Part shown: positions 49,623-59,404 of the stretch, one piece after another
Layout of the letters: each line of letters starts with the position of its first letter
Numbering within the stretch: position 1 is the first letter of the stretch
Position numbers and translations under genes: made by a program
NCBI GenBank assembly: GCA_963707635.1
Contig: OY970173.1
Location: 1,152,001 to 1,216,000 of the forward strand
Length of the DNA stretch: 64,000 bases
Direction: 5' to 3'
Source: Candidatus Latescibacterota bacterium
GTDB taxonomy: Bacteria > Krumholzibacteriota > Krumholzibacteriia > WVZY01 > JAKEHA01
Notes under the pieces: model-generated
What the model was told of the DNA's origin: nothing
The model's input: only the letters and a program-made list of their open reading frames with translations
Databases searched by the model: none

Positions 49623-50771
49623 ATGAGCACATGCCCCCGGAGCCTCTCGTTCTATCGCTTCTCGTCGATCGTACTCGCGATCCTGCTGGGCGCTTCGACG
49701 GCGTGCCACAAGGGAGGGAACGCGGGCGCGGCTGGCGGCGGCGGGGCCCCCGGTGAGGGAGGAGCCCCCGGTGCCCCCAAGCAGCCCCCGGTTCCGGTGG
49801 CCGTGGCGATGGCCACCACCGGCGCCATCGCGAGCTACTACACCGCCACGGCGACGCTGGCGGCCGACAAGGAAGCCGAGATTCTGGCCCGCGTCTCGGG
49901 CGTCGTGCAGACGCTCTTTGCGGAGGAAGGCGACGTGGTGGCGGAGGGCGGCCCGCTGCTCCGGGTCGAAAACGGCGAGTATCAGTTCCGACTGGAGCAG
50001 ACGCAGGCGGCGAGAGCGGATCTCGAGACCCGGCTGGAACGCCTCACCGCCATGAGGGAGCAGGACCTCGTCTCGACGGAAGAATACGAGAAGGTGGTCA
50101 ACGACCTCGCCTCCGCACGGGCGGCGGAAGGAATGGCGCAGCTGAACCTCTCGTACACGAGTGTCGAAGCACCGTTCACCGGACGGGTGGTCACGCGCCG
50201 GGTGAACGTGGGACAGACCGTCAACGTCGGCACTCCGTTGTTCGTGCTGTCGGATTTCACGCCGCTGTTGGCGCGGGTGCACGTCCCGTCGAAGGAATTC
50301 AACAAGCTCCAGCCGGACCAGCCCGTCGACCTCGTCCTGGAGAGCAACGGCACCAAGCTGCGCGGACGCATCAAGCTGGTGAGTCCGACCATCGATCCGT
50401 CGAGCGGGACGATCAAGGTGACGATCGAGATCAACGAGTACCCGGCGGGGGTGCGGCCCGGCGACTTCGCACAGGTTCGCATCGTCACCGAGCAGCGCCG
50501 CGGCTCGACGCTGGTGCCGAAGGTCGCGCTGGTGAACGACCGCGGAGAGCAGGTCGTCTACGTGGCCCAGGCGGACACCACCGCCGAGCGGCGGGTGGTT
50601 GAGATCGGGTTCCAGGACGACGAGAACGCCGAGATCCTCCAGGGCGTCGACGTCGGGGAGCGCGTGGTCGTGAAGGGCCAGCGCTCGCTCAAGCACGGCG
50701 CGGCGATCAAGGTTCTCGAAGGGGATGCAACCCAGGTGTCCGACACCGCCCGGGTCGAGGACGGCTCCTGA
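49623..50771 (+). CDS. RND efflux periplasmic adaptor (MFP), probable lipoprotein
   Basis: STAC lipobox-like segment and motifs ARVSGVV...AEEGD.V, APFTGRV..R.VNVGQ and IDPSSGTIKV. Confidence 0.9.
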   Translation: MSTCPRSLSFYRFSSIVLAILLGASTACHKGGNAGAAGGGGAPGEGGAPGAPKQPPVPVAVAMATTGAIASYYTATATLAADKEAEILARVSGVVQTLFAEEGDVVAEGGPLLRVENGEYQFRLEQTQAARADLETRLERLTAMREQDLVSTEEYEKVVNDLASARAAEGMAQLNLSYTSVEAPFTGRVVTRRVNVGQTVNVGTPLFVLSDFTPLLARVHVPSKEFNKLQPDQPVDLVLESNGTKLRGRIKLVSPTIDPSSGTIKVTIEINEYPAGVRPGDFAQVRIVTEQRRGSTLVPKVALVNDRGEQVVYVAQADTTAERRVVEIGFQDDENAEILQGVDVGERVVVKGQRSLKHGAAIKVLEGDATQVSDTARVEDGS

Positions 50772-53700
50772 TGCGCTGGTTGATCGCAGGCGCCGTCCGG
50801 CGCCGTGTCACGGTCGTAATGGCCTCGCTGGCCGTCACTGCCTTCGGGATGGTCGGCTACCAGCGGCTTCCGATCGAACTCTTCCCCGACATCTCGTACC
50901 CGTCCCTCACCGTTCAGACCGATTTCCCCGATACGGCTCCCCAGGAGGTCGAGAACCTCGTTACCCGCCCGGTCGAAGAAGCGGTCGGAGTCCTGCGGGG
51001 ACTGAAGTCGATTCACTCGGTTTCCCGCCCCGGCGTGTCCGAAGTGACACTCGAGTTCGACTGGGACTCGGATATGGACCTGCTCTCGATGGAGGTGCGT
51101 GAAAAACTCGACCGTCTGATACTGCCCGAAGAATGCGAAGAACCCATCGTGCTCCGCTTCGACCCCTCTCTCGATCCGATCATGCGCATTGCACTCTCCG
51201 GGGGCGGGGAGCTCAACGAGATGCGCAACCTTGCCGACCGCAAGATCAAGCTCGACCTGGAAACCATCAAAGGGGTGGCGGCCGCGCAGATCAAGGGCGG
51301 ACTCGAGGACGAGGTCCACATCGATGTCGACCAGGAGCGGTTGGCCGCGCTCGGAATCCCGATCCAGCAAGTACGTGATGTGGTGGGGGTTTCCAACGTC
51401 AACGTGCCCGGAGGGTCGCTGCGCGGAGCCGACTCCCAGTTTCTGATCCGTACGCTCAATGAATTCGACTCCGTCGATGAGATCGGGGCCGTGACCATCG
51501 CCGAGCGCGACGGGGCCGCCGTGCGTTTGCGCGACGTTGCCACCGTGCGCATGGGCACCAAGGAGCGCGAGGAAATCACGCGCGTGGACGGTAAGGAATG
51601 CGTGGAAATCGCCGCGTTCAAGGAAGGCGACGCCAACACCGTTAAGGTGGCGCGCCTGCTCCGCGAACGAATCGCCGAGTGGCAGAAGAAGCTCCCGGAG
51701 GGCTACCAACTCTCCGTGATGTTCGACCAGTCGCACTTCATCGAGCAGTCGATCAAGGAAGTGCGTGAGTCCGCAATCCTTGGCGGCCTTCTCGCCATCG
51801 GGGTCCTGTTCCTGTTCCTGCGTGAGTTGCGGAGCACGATCATTATCGCGCTGTCGATTCCGATCTCGGTCGTTGCCACGTTCATGTTCATGTACCGGCT
51901 CAACATCTCGCTAAACGTGATGTCGCTGGGAGGGCTGACGCTGGGCGTCGGCATGTTGGTGGATAACTCCATCGTGGTGCTCGAGTCTATCTTTCGCAAG
52001 CGGAAGGCGGGCCTCCCCCTGGCTCGCGCCGCGCTCGAAGGCGCGGACGAAGTCGGGGCGGCGGTGGGAGCTTCCACGCTGACCACGGTGGCGGTGTTCC
52101 TGCCGATTGTGTTCGTCGAGGGCATCGCGGGGCAGTTGTTCCGTGATCAGGCAATCACGGTCAGCATCAGCCTGCTCGCGTCGCTCGCACTCGCGTTGAC
52201 CTTGATACCCATGTTGAGTGCGCTGGGCCAGCCGGTGCGTAAGGCAGACCTTGACGGCCCACCGCAGATGACCATCGACATGGACGAAAACGTCGATCGT
52301 GCGCTGACGCTGGGCAGGTTCTCGCGCGTCTACGACGGCTTCGTGCGGCGTGCGGTGGCGCGGCCACGGACCGCGATCGCGGTTGCCTTCGGGCTCTTCA
52401 TCTTGTCGATCGGGGCCGTGCCCTTCATCGGCACCGGCCTCATCCCGCCGCTTACCGAGGGCGAGTTCTTCTTCGAGGTCAAATTGCCGGAAGGGAGCTC
52501 GTTGGGCGCGACGGACCGCGTTGTGCGGCAGATCGAGGAAGCCGCCGCCGGGGACGCGCGAATCGCTCACAGCTACTCGCGCATCGGGAGCCGTCTGGTG
52601 TCCGGTGGCATGTCGCTCAACTCTGCCGGCGAGCACTTCGGGCAGGTGAACGTCGAACTTTCCAACAAGACCAGCGATGCGCTGGAGGCAGACGTGATCG
52701 AGGGGCTGCGCTCGCGCTTCGACAGCATGCCCGACGTGGTCGCGAAGTTTGGGCGGCCTTCCTATTTCAGCTTGAAGACGCCCGTCGAAGTGATTCTCTA
52801 TGGGGAGGACCTGGAGGCACTGCGCGACTATTCTCTCGATCTCACGCGCGATTTCGCCGCGTTGCCAGGGCTGGTGGACGTCCGCTCGTCGCTCGAAGCG
52901 GGCAATCCCGAGCTGCAGGTGGTCTTCAATCGAGATCAGGTGGCGGCGCTGGGTCTGGACCTGGGGGCGCTGTCATCGACGCTCCAGAGCCGCGTGCAGG
53001 GCGTCGTGCCGACGCGCTACAAGCAGGCGGACCGTCAGGTCGACGTCCGCATTCGCAACCAGGAAAGCGACCGGGCGTCGGTGGCTGACGTGCGTAACCT
53101 CGTGCTGCCGGGGCCGGGTGGTGCGCCGATCCGACTCGTCTCGGTAGCGGACGTCCGCGTGGACACCGGACCGGCGGAGATTCACCGGTTGCAGCAGCAG
53201 CGGGCAGCGGTCATCAGCGCGAACCTCGAGCACCGGAGTCTCGGCTCCGCGGTCGCCGCCATCCGCAGATCGATGGCCGGGAACCCGCCCCCGGCGGGGA
53301 TAAGTTCCGAGATCGGTGGGCAGAACGCGGAGATGCAGGTGTCGTTTGCAAGCCTGCGATTTGCGACTATTCTGGCCATCTTTCTGGTCTACCTCGTGAT
53401 GGCGGCGACCTTCGAATCGTTCATCCATCCATTCATCGTGCTCTTCACGATTCCGCTTGCGATTGTCGGGGTCGTGGCGGGTCTGCTGGCGACCGGCACC
53501 GACATCAGCGTCATGGTCTTGATCGGCGTGGTCCTGCTGGTCGGGATCGTGGTGAACAACGCCATCGTGCTCATCGACGCCATCAATCGGCTGCGCCGAG
53601 CGGGCATGGACAAACGCGAGGCCGTGGTGCGCGCGGGGCACATTCGCCTGCGCCCGATTCTGATGACCACGCTCACGACGGTACTCGGACTGGTGCCGAT

Positions 53701-53866
53701 GGCGGTCGCGTGGGGCGAGGGGGCGGAGCTGCGTGCCCCTCTGGCGATCACCGTGCTCGCGGGACTCTCGATGAGCACGCTGTTGACCCTGATTGTCATT
53801 CCCGCTGTCTATGTTGCGGTGCCGTCGCGCGTGACCGTCGAAAAGATGGGGGCGTCGCTCGCGTAG
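50771..53866 (+). CDS. RND efflux permease subunit (AcrB/MdtB-like)
   Basis: 1031 aa with motifs GMLVDNSIVVLESI and RLRPILMTTLTT. Confidence 0.93.
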   Translation: MRWLIAGAVRRRVTVVMASLAVTAFGMVGYQRLPIELFPDISYPSLTVQTDFPDTAPQEVENLVTRPVEEAVGVLRGLKSIHSVSRPGVSEVTLEFDWDSDMDLLSMEVREKLDRLILPEECEEPIVLRFDPSLDPIMRIALSGGGELNEMRNLADRKIKLDLETIKGVAAAQIKGGLEDEVHIDVDQERLAALGIPIQQVRDVVGVSNVNVPGGSLRGADSQFLIRTLNEFDSVDEIGAVTIAERDGAAVRLRDVATVRMGTKEREEITRVDGKECVEIAAFKEGDANTVKVARLLRERIAEWQKKLPEGYQLSVMFDQSHFIEQSIKEVRESAILGGLLAIGVLFLFLRELRSTIIIALSIPISVVATFMFMYRLNISLNVMSLGGLTLGVGMLVDNSIVVLESIFRKRKAGLPLARAALEGADEVGAAVGASTLTTVAVFLPIVFVEGIAGQLFRDQAITVSISLLASLALALTLIPMLSALGQPVRKADLDGPPQMTIDMDENVDRALTLGRFSRVYDGFVRRAVARPRTAIAVAFGLFILSIGAVPFIGTGLIPPLTEGEFFFEVKLPEGSSLGATDRVVRQIEEAAAGDARIAHSYSRIGSRLVSGGMSLNSAGEHFGQVNVELSNKTSDALEADVIEGLRSRFDSMPDVVAKFGRPSYFSLKTPVEVILYGEDLEALRDYSLDLTRDFAALPGLVDVRSSLEAGNPELQVVFNRDQVAALGLDLGALSSTLQSRVQGVVPTRYKQADRQVDVRIRNQESDRASVADVRNLVLPGPGGAPIRLVSVADVRVDTGPAEIHRLQQQRAAVISANLEHRSLGSAVAAIRRSMAGNPPPAGISSEIGGQNAEMQVSFASLRFATILAIFLVYLVMAATFESFIHPFIVLFTIPLAIVGVVAGLLATGTDISVMVLIGVVLLVGIVVNNAIVLIDAINRLRRAGMDKREAVVRAGHIRLRPILMTTLTTVLGLVPMAVAWGEGAELRAPLAITVLAGLSMSTLLTLIVIPAVYVAVPSRVTVEKMGASLA

Positions 53867-53884
53867 ATCTCCTGGAGGAACGTC

Positions 53885-56800
53885 ATGACCCTGCCTGAAC
53901 TTGCCATCAAGCGCCACGTCACGATGCTCATGGTCATTGTGAGTCTGGTCGTCCTCGGCGCGGTCGCGCTGGTGCGTCTCCCGCTCGCCTTCATGCCCGA
54001 CTTCGAGCAACCGCAGCTCTTCGTTCAGCTTCCCTACGAGAACGCGTCACCGGCGCAAGTGGAGCGACTGGTTGTGCGCCCGGTCGAAGAGGCACTCGGC
54101 TCGGTGGGCGGGCTTTCCAACATGTGGTCGCACATGAACGACCGCGGCGGCACGATCGGCATGGAGTTCGACTGGTCGCAGAACATGAAAGTAGCTCGCA
54201 CGGAGGTCTGGGAGAAGCTCGACCGCGTGCGCCGCGACCTTCCCGACGACGTCGGCGACATCATGGTGTCGAGCAACTGGGATGCCCGCGAGACCGAGAT
54301 GCCGGTCATCGAGGGGCGCCTTTCGTCCAAGCGGGACTTGAGTGAGAGCTACGACCTGCTCGAGCGGAGAATTGTGAAGCCGCTCGAGCGCATACCCGGG
54401 GTCGCCAGCGTCCGCCTGGACGGAGTCAATCCGCGCGAGGTGCGCATCAACCTGAACGTCGCGGCGCTGGAACTGCACGGCATCGACGTACGCGACGTGA
54501 TTGCCACGTTGCGCGATTCCAATTTCGATAAATCATTGGGGAGGATCAGCGACGGCGAGTCGCGCTGGTCGCTGCGCGTCGTCGGGTCGTTCAAAACGGT
54601 CGAGGAGATCCAGGCCCTGCCCATCCGTGAGGACGGGCTGCGACTGCGCGACATCGCGGAAGTCCGTTACGAGGAGCCGCCGCTGGAGTATGGCCGGCAC
54701 CTCGACGGTGATTTCGCGATCGGCGTCACTATCGCGCAGGAGTCGAAGGCCAACACGGTGGAGGTCTGCGACGCGGTGGACAAGCGCATCGCCGCGATGA
54801 ATGACGACCCCGAACTGAAGGGTGTGAATTTTCTTACCTGGTTCAGCCAGGGCAAGGAGATCAAGAAAACGCTCAGGGACCTGATGTTCACGGGCGTCTT
54901 CGGAGCCATCCTCGCGGCACTGGTCCTGTATACCTTCCTTCGCCGCGTTTCGACGACGATGGTCTCGGTGTCGTGCATTCCATTTTCGCTCATCGTGGCC
55001 TGCGGCTTTGTGTGGGCACGCGGCGGCTCCATGAACACGCTCGTGCTACTGGGACTCATCGTAGCCATCGGCATGCTCGTGGACAATGCGGTGGTCGTAA
55101 TGGAGAACATTTTCCGCCACCAGGAGTTGGGCGAAGATCAGAAGCAAGCAACGAGCAGAGGCGCGTCCGAGGTGGCAATCGCCGTGACGGGGGCAACCCT
55201 CACGTCGGTCATCGTGTTCCTTCCGCTCATCTTCAACAAGCCGAGCGAGATGAATGTGTATCTCAAGGAACTGGGGATAAGCGTTTGTGTCGTCATTCTG
55301 GCGTCGTTGTTCATCAGCCAAACTCTCATTCCGCTCGCGACGTCGTGGTTCATAAAGTCGCGCCCCAAGCCGAAGACGAGACTCATGTTGAGGACCGAAG
55401 CCACTTACGAGCGTATGCTGGTTTTCAACTTGAAACACCGCTGGCTGGCGCCGGTTATCCTGGTGGCAGCGCTCGCGTCCGCCTACATCCCGTTCACCAA
55501 GGTCGACAAGAACTTCGACACCAGCGAAAACGAGCTCTTCGTCCAGGTGAACTACGACTTCAGCGAAAACATGGGTCTCGACCGTAAGGAGGAGTTTGTC
55601 ACGCGCCTGGAGGCGGCGCTGGAACCGCATCGCGAAGAAATGATGGCGCGTTCGATCTACAGCTTCTGGAGCGACCAGTGGACGATGACGCGTGTGTATC
55701 TCAACGAAGGGAAGGCGAATGAGGAGAACATCGCACAGGTGCGTAAACAGCTGCGCGAGATGCTGCCGGAGATCGCCGGCCTCAAGTTCGAAGTGGCGGA
55801 GAACAACCAGTTCTGGCGTCAGGATCGGGGCAAGCGCATTGCCCTGCAGATCGTAGGCGAAGACTCGGACGTGCTGGCCGACATCGGCGACGAGGTAAAG
55901 CAGCGCCTGGAAGAGATTCCGGGCCTGATCGAGCCATTCGCCGGCGGATGGGGCGGCGACCAGGAGGGGCGCGAAGAAATCCACGTCGAAGTCGATCGCG
56001 ATCTTGCGTCTAAGATGGGGGTGTCGCTCGCGCAGCCGGCGCAAGTGGTGGGCCTCACGTACCGCGGGCAGCGCCTGCAGCGCTTTCGGACCGCGGACGG
56101 CGAGCGCGAGATGCGTGTGACGCTTGACGAGACGGAGAACGAGTCGGTGGCGCAGTTGCGCAACCTCCCCGTGTGGACCCGCGAGGGAGAGAAGATCCCG
56201 CTCGCGTCTCTGGCGTCCTTCACCGAAAAAGTCGGGCCACGCGACATCAATCGTGACAACCGCCTCACCAGCCTGTGGGCGGGCGCGCGCTTCGAAGAGG
56301 GAACTCGTGAGCAGTACATCCCTCTGGTCACCGCCGCGTTGAACGGCATCGAGTTCCCGTACGGGTACTCGTGGACCTTCGGGCGCTGGGAAGAGCGTCG
56401 CAAAGAGAAAACACAAGAGTTCCTGACAAACCTCCTGCTTGCGCTGCTCCTGATCTTTGCGGTGATGGCGTCGTTGTTCGAGTCGGCGCGCCAGGCGATC
56501 ACGCTGCTGCTCGCGCTGCCGTTCGCGCTGGCCGGCGCCTTCTGGACGCTGTATGCGACCGGCACCGACTTCGACCAGCCGGCGGCGGTGGGGTTGCTGC
56601 TGCTGATCGGCACCGTCGTCAACAACGGGATCGTCATGCTGGCGCACGTCAATCACTACCGCAACGGAGGGATGCTCCGCTACGACGCGATGCTCAAGGG
56701 ATGCCGCGAGCGCCTGCGTCCCATCATGATGACGGCACTCACCACCCTCATCTCGCTGGTGCCGATGGTCGTGCAGAGGCCCTCCCTCGGCGGCGTGTAC

Positions 56801-56980
56801 TACTATTCGATGGCGCTCGTCATCATGGGTGGCCTGCTCCTGTCCACGTTCCTGACCCTGATCCTGCTTCCGACCACGATCACGCTGGTGGAGGACGGCA
56901 CCAACTGGGTGGCGCGGATGGTGGAACGGCTGCTCGTACTCGTGCGGCTGCGCAAGAAGCAGGCGATACTCGCCGACTGA
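53885..56980 (+). CDS. Second RND efflux permease subunit
   Basis: 1031 aa with motifs GMLVDNAVVVMENI and RLRPIMMTALTT. Confidence 0.93.
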   Translation: MTLPELAIKRHVTMLMVIVSLVVLGAVALVRLPLAFMPDFEQPQLFVQLPYENASPAQVERLVVRPVEEALGSVGGLSNMWSHMNDRGGTIGMEFDWSQNMKVARTEVWEKLDRVRRDLPDDVGDIMVSSNWDARETEMPVIEGRLSSKRDLSESYDLLERRIVKPLERIPGVASVRLDGVNPREVRINLNVAALELHGIDVRDVIATLRDSNFDKSLGRISDGESRWSLRVVGSFKTVEEIQALPIREDGLRLRDIAEVRYEEPPLEYGRHLDGDFAIGVTIAQESKANTVEVCDAVDKRIAAMNDDPELKGVNFLTWFSQGKEIKKTLRDLMFTGVFGAILAALVLYTFLRRVSTTMVSVSCIPFSLIVACGFVWARGGSMNTLVLLGLIVAIGMLVDNAVVVMENIFRHQELGEDQKQATSRGASEVAIAVTGATLTSVIVFLPLIFNKPSEMNVYLKELGISVCVVILASLFISQTLIPLATSWFIKSRPKPKTRLMLRTEATYERMLVFNLKHRWLAPVILVAALASAYIPFTKVDKNFDTSENELFVQVNYDFSENMGLDRKEEFVTRLEAALEPHREEMMARSIYSFWSDQWTMTRVYLNEGKANEENIAQVRKQLREMLPEIAGLKFEVAENNQFWRQDRGKRIALQIVGEDSDVLADIGDEVKQRLEEIPGLIEPFAGGWGGDQEGREEIHVEVDRDLASKMGVSLAQPAQVVGLTYRGQRLQRFRTADGEREMRVTLDETENESVAQLRNLPVWTREGEKIPLASLASFTEKVGPRDINRDNRLTSLWAGARFEEGTREQYIPLVTAALNGIEFPYGYSWTFGRWEERRKEKTQEFLTNLLLALLLIFAVMASLFESARQAITLLLALPFALAGAFWTLYATGTDFDQPAAVGLLLLIGTVVNNGIVMLAHVNHYRNGGMLRYDAMLKGCRERLRPIMMTALTTLISLVPMVVQRPSLGGVYYYSMALVIMGGLLLSTFLTLILLPTTITLVEDGTNWVARMVERLLVLVRLRKKQAILAD

Positions 56981-57070
56981 CCGCCCGCGTTTTGACAGGA
57001 CGCGCGGCTATCTGGTAGGCTTCGCGGGCGACGGCGGCGCGCGGCGCCTCGACCGGCCGCGACCCATCCG

Positions 57071-59389
57071 ATGACCGCGACGCCCTCGACGTCCTCGACC
57101 CCCTCGCACGCCGTCTACGGCGGCATCTTCGCGGTTTCCGCGGCGACGCTGCTGTTCCAGGTCACCTTCGTCCGCATCTTCTCGGTCTCGATCTGGTACC
57201 ACTTCGCGTTCCTGGTGGTCTCGGTGGCGCTGTTCGGCATCGGCGCCAGCGGCGTGGCGCTCGCTCTGGTCGCGCCGGGTGAGCGCGACCGGAGCTATCG
57301 CGCCCTCGCCCCCGCGTGCTTTTCGCTCTCGGCGCTGGTCGCATACGTGGGCATCAACGCGATTCCGTTCTCGCCCTTCCGGATCCTGCAGGAGCCGGTC
57401 CAGGTGCTGCGCTTTCTCGCGTACGACGTGCTCCTCATGCTCCCCTTCTTCTTCTCGGGCGCGGCGGTCGCGCTGATCCTCCGCGCCTTCCCCGAGCGGG
57501 CGGGACGGCTGTACGCCTTCGACCTGGTGGGAGCGGCGGTGGGCACGCTGCTGGTATTCGTGCTGCTGCCGTGGGTCGGCGCCCGCGGTGCGGTTGCGGG
57601 CGCGGTGGTGCTCGGCCTGGTGTCGTCGGCGTGCCTCGCGCCGTCGCGCCGCTGGCGCGCCGGGTTCGGTGCGGCCACGCTCGCGGCGATCGCGCTGGTG
57701 GCGCGCCCCACGCTCCTGCCCGACGTTCGCATGGACGACAGCAAGCCGGTGCGCGTCGAGCTGGACCAGCGCGGCGGCCGGCTCGCGTTCAGCCGCTGGA
57801 ACGCGCTGTCGCGGATCGACGTGGTCGAGGGACAGGCCGACCCGATGATCTTCATCGATGCCGCGGCGGCAACGCCGGTGACGCCGCCGCAGGACTCCAC
57901 GCGCGCGGCGCGCGACTTGAGCACGATCGCGTACGGAATGCGCGGCGGGGCCGACGTGGCGGTGATCGGGTCGGGGGGTGGCATCGACGTGCAGAACGCG
58001 CTGGCCCTGGGCGCGCGCTCGGTCACCGCGATCGAGATCAACCCGATCATCGTCGAACTGGTGACGGGACCGTATCGCGATTACGTCGGCAATGTTTTCT
58101 CCGACCCGCGCGTGCATCTGGTGCGCGACGAGGGGCGCAGCTGCATCGCGCGCAGCCGGGATCGATTCGGTGTCATTCAGATCACGCTCATCGACACGTG
58201 GGCAGCCAGCGTGTCGGGCGCGTACAGCCTGTCTGAAAACTACCTGTACACGACCGAGGGCTTCGCCGAGTACCTGTCGCACCTCGCCGGCGACGGCATC
58301 CTGTCGGTAACGCGCTGGCACTACGAGATGCCGCGACTGGTATCGCTGGCCCGCGCGGGGCTCGAAGAGATCGGGGTCGAGAGCCCGGCGCGGCACGTGA
58401 TGGTGTTTCAGCAGAAGGTCCGGTCCCTTCTCCTCGTCAAACGCTCCCCGTTCACCGCCGGGGAAGTGCAGTGGGCGCGCGCGCGCGCGGCGGCGATCGG
58501 GGCGACGCTGCGCTATGACCCGACGGAGCCCCGGCCCCCGGAGTTGTACGCGATCCTGCTGACGCACCCGGACCCCGAGGCCGTGTTCCAGGACGCGCCG
58601 GTGGCGCTCGACCCGGTGCGCGACGACAGCCCGTTCTTCTTCCAGATGACGCGCTGGCGGAAAATCGACCTCGCGGCGCTGCGCAAGTTCGGCAAGGGAG
58701 GCGTCCTGGAGCCGCTGGCGTTGCCCGTGGCCCAGATCACGCTCTTGAGCGCGCTGTTGCTTTCGGTCGTGATGTCGCTGGTCCTGCTCGCGGTGCCGCT
58801 GGCGGCGCGGGTGATTCCGCGCGCGCGACGCTGGACGTGGCTCGCGTACTTCTTCGCCCTCGGCGTTGCGTTCATCACCGTCGAAGTCGTGCTCATGCAG
58901 CGGATGGCGCTGTTCCTCGGCCACCCGACCTATTCCGTCACCGCGGTGCTCTTCGCGATCCTCCTGTTTTCCGGTCTGGGCGCGGCGTGGTCGGACCGCC
59001 GCACCGGGACCCCCGCCGAGGTCACCCGCATCGCGCGGTGGGGGCTCCCGGTGGTGATCGTGCTGCTGGTGTTTGCGGTTCCGCCGTCGCTGCGCGCGAT
59101 GATCGGGCTGCCGCACGCGGTGCGCCTGCTGATCGCGGTGGCGATCATCGCGCCGGCGGCGTTCCTCATGGGGATCCCGTTTCCCGCCGGGATCCGCACT
59201 ATCGCCGCCACGGGCGGCCGTCACATTCCGTGGGCGTGGGCGGCCAACGGGTGCGCCAGCGTCGTGGGCTCGGTGTGCGCGGTGCTCGGCGCCATGCTGA
59301 CGAGCTTCAGTGTCATGCTCCTCTTCGCGGGCGTGGTGTACGTGGGGGCGCTCACGCTGATCGCGCGTGTGCGCACCCGGCTCACCTGA
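57071..59389 (+). CDS. Membrane protein with a central spermidine synthase-like SAM-binding domain
   Basis: N- and C-terminal TM bundles flank VIGSGGGIDV..AL..G...VTAIEINP, DEGRS and ENYLYTTEGF. Confidence 0.8.
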   Translation: MTATPSTSSTPSHAVYGGIFAVSAATLLFQVTFVRIFSVSIWYHFAFLVVSVALFGIGASGVALALVAPGERDRSYRALAPACFSLSALVAYVGINAIPFSPFRILQEPVQVLRFLAYDVLLMLPFFFSGAAVALILRAFPERAGRLYAFDLVGAAVGTLLVFVLLPWVGARGAVAGAVVLGLVSSACLAPSRRWRAGFGAATLAAIALVARPTLLPDVRMDDSKPVRVELDQRGGRLAFSRWNALSRIDVVEGQADPMIFIDAAAATPVTPPQDSTRAARDLSTIAYGMRGGADVAVIGSGGGIDVQNALALGARSVTAIEINPIIVELVTGPYRDYVGNVFSDPRVHLVRDEGRSCIARSRDRFGVIQITLIDTWAASVSGAYSLSENYLYTTEGFAEYLSHLAGDGILSVTRWHYEMPRLVSLARAGLEEIGVESPARHVMVFQQKVRSLLLVKRSPFTAGEVQWARARAAAIGATLRYDPTEPRPPELYAILLTHPDPEAVFQDAPVALDPVRDDSPFFFQMTRWRKIDLAALRKFGKGGVLEPLALPVAQITLLSALLLSVVMSLVLLAVPLAARVIPRARRWTWLAYFFALGVAFITVEVVLMQRMALFLGHPTYSVTAVLFAILLFSGLGAAWSDRRTGTPAEVTRIARWGLPVVIVLLVFAVPPSLRAMIGLPHAVRLLIAVAIIAPAAFLMGIPFPAGIRTIAATGGRHIPWAWAANGCASVVGSVCAVLGAMLTSFSVMLLFAGVVYVGALTLIARVRTRLT

Positions 59390-59404
59390 TCGGGGGGAGG
59401 GCAC

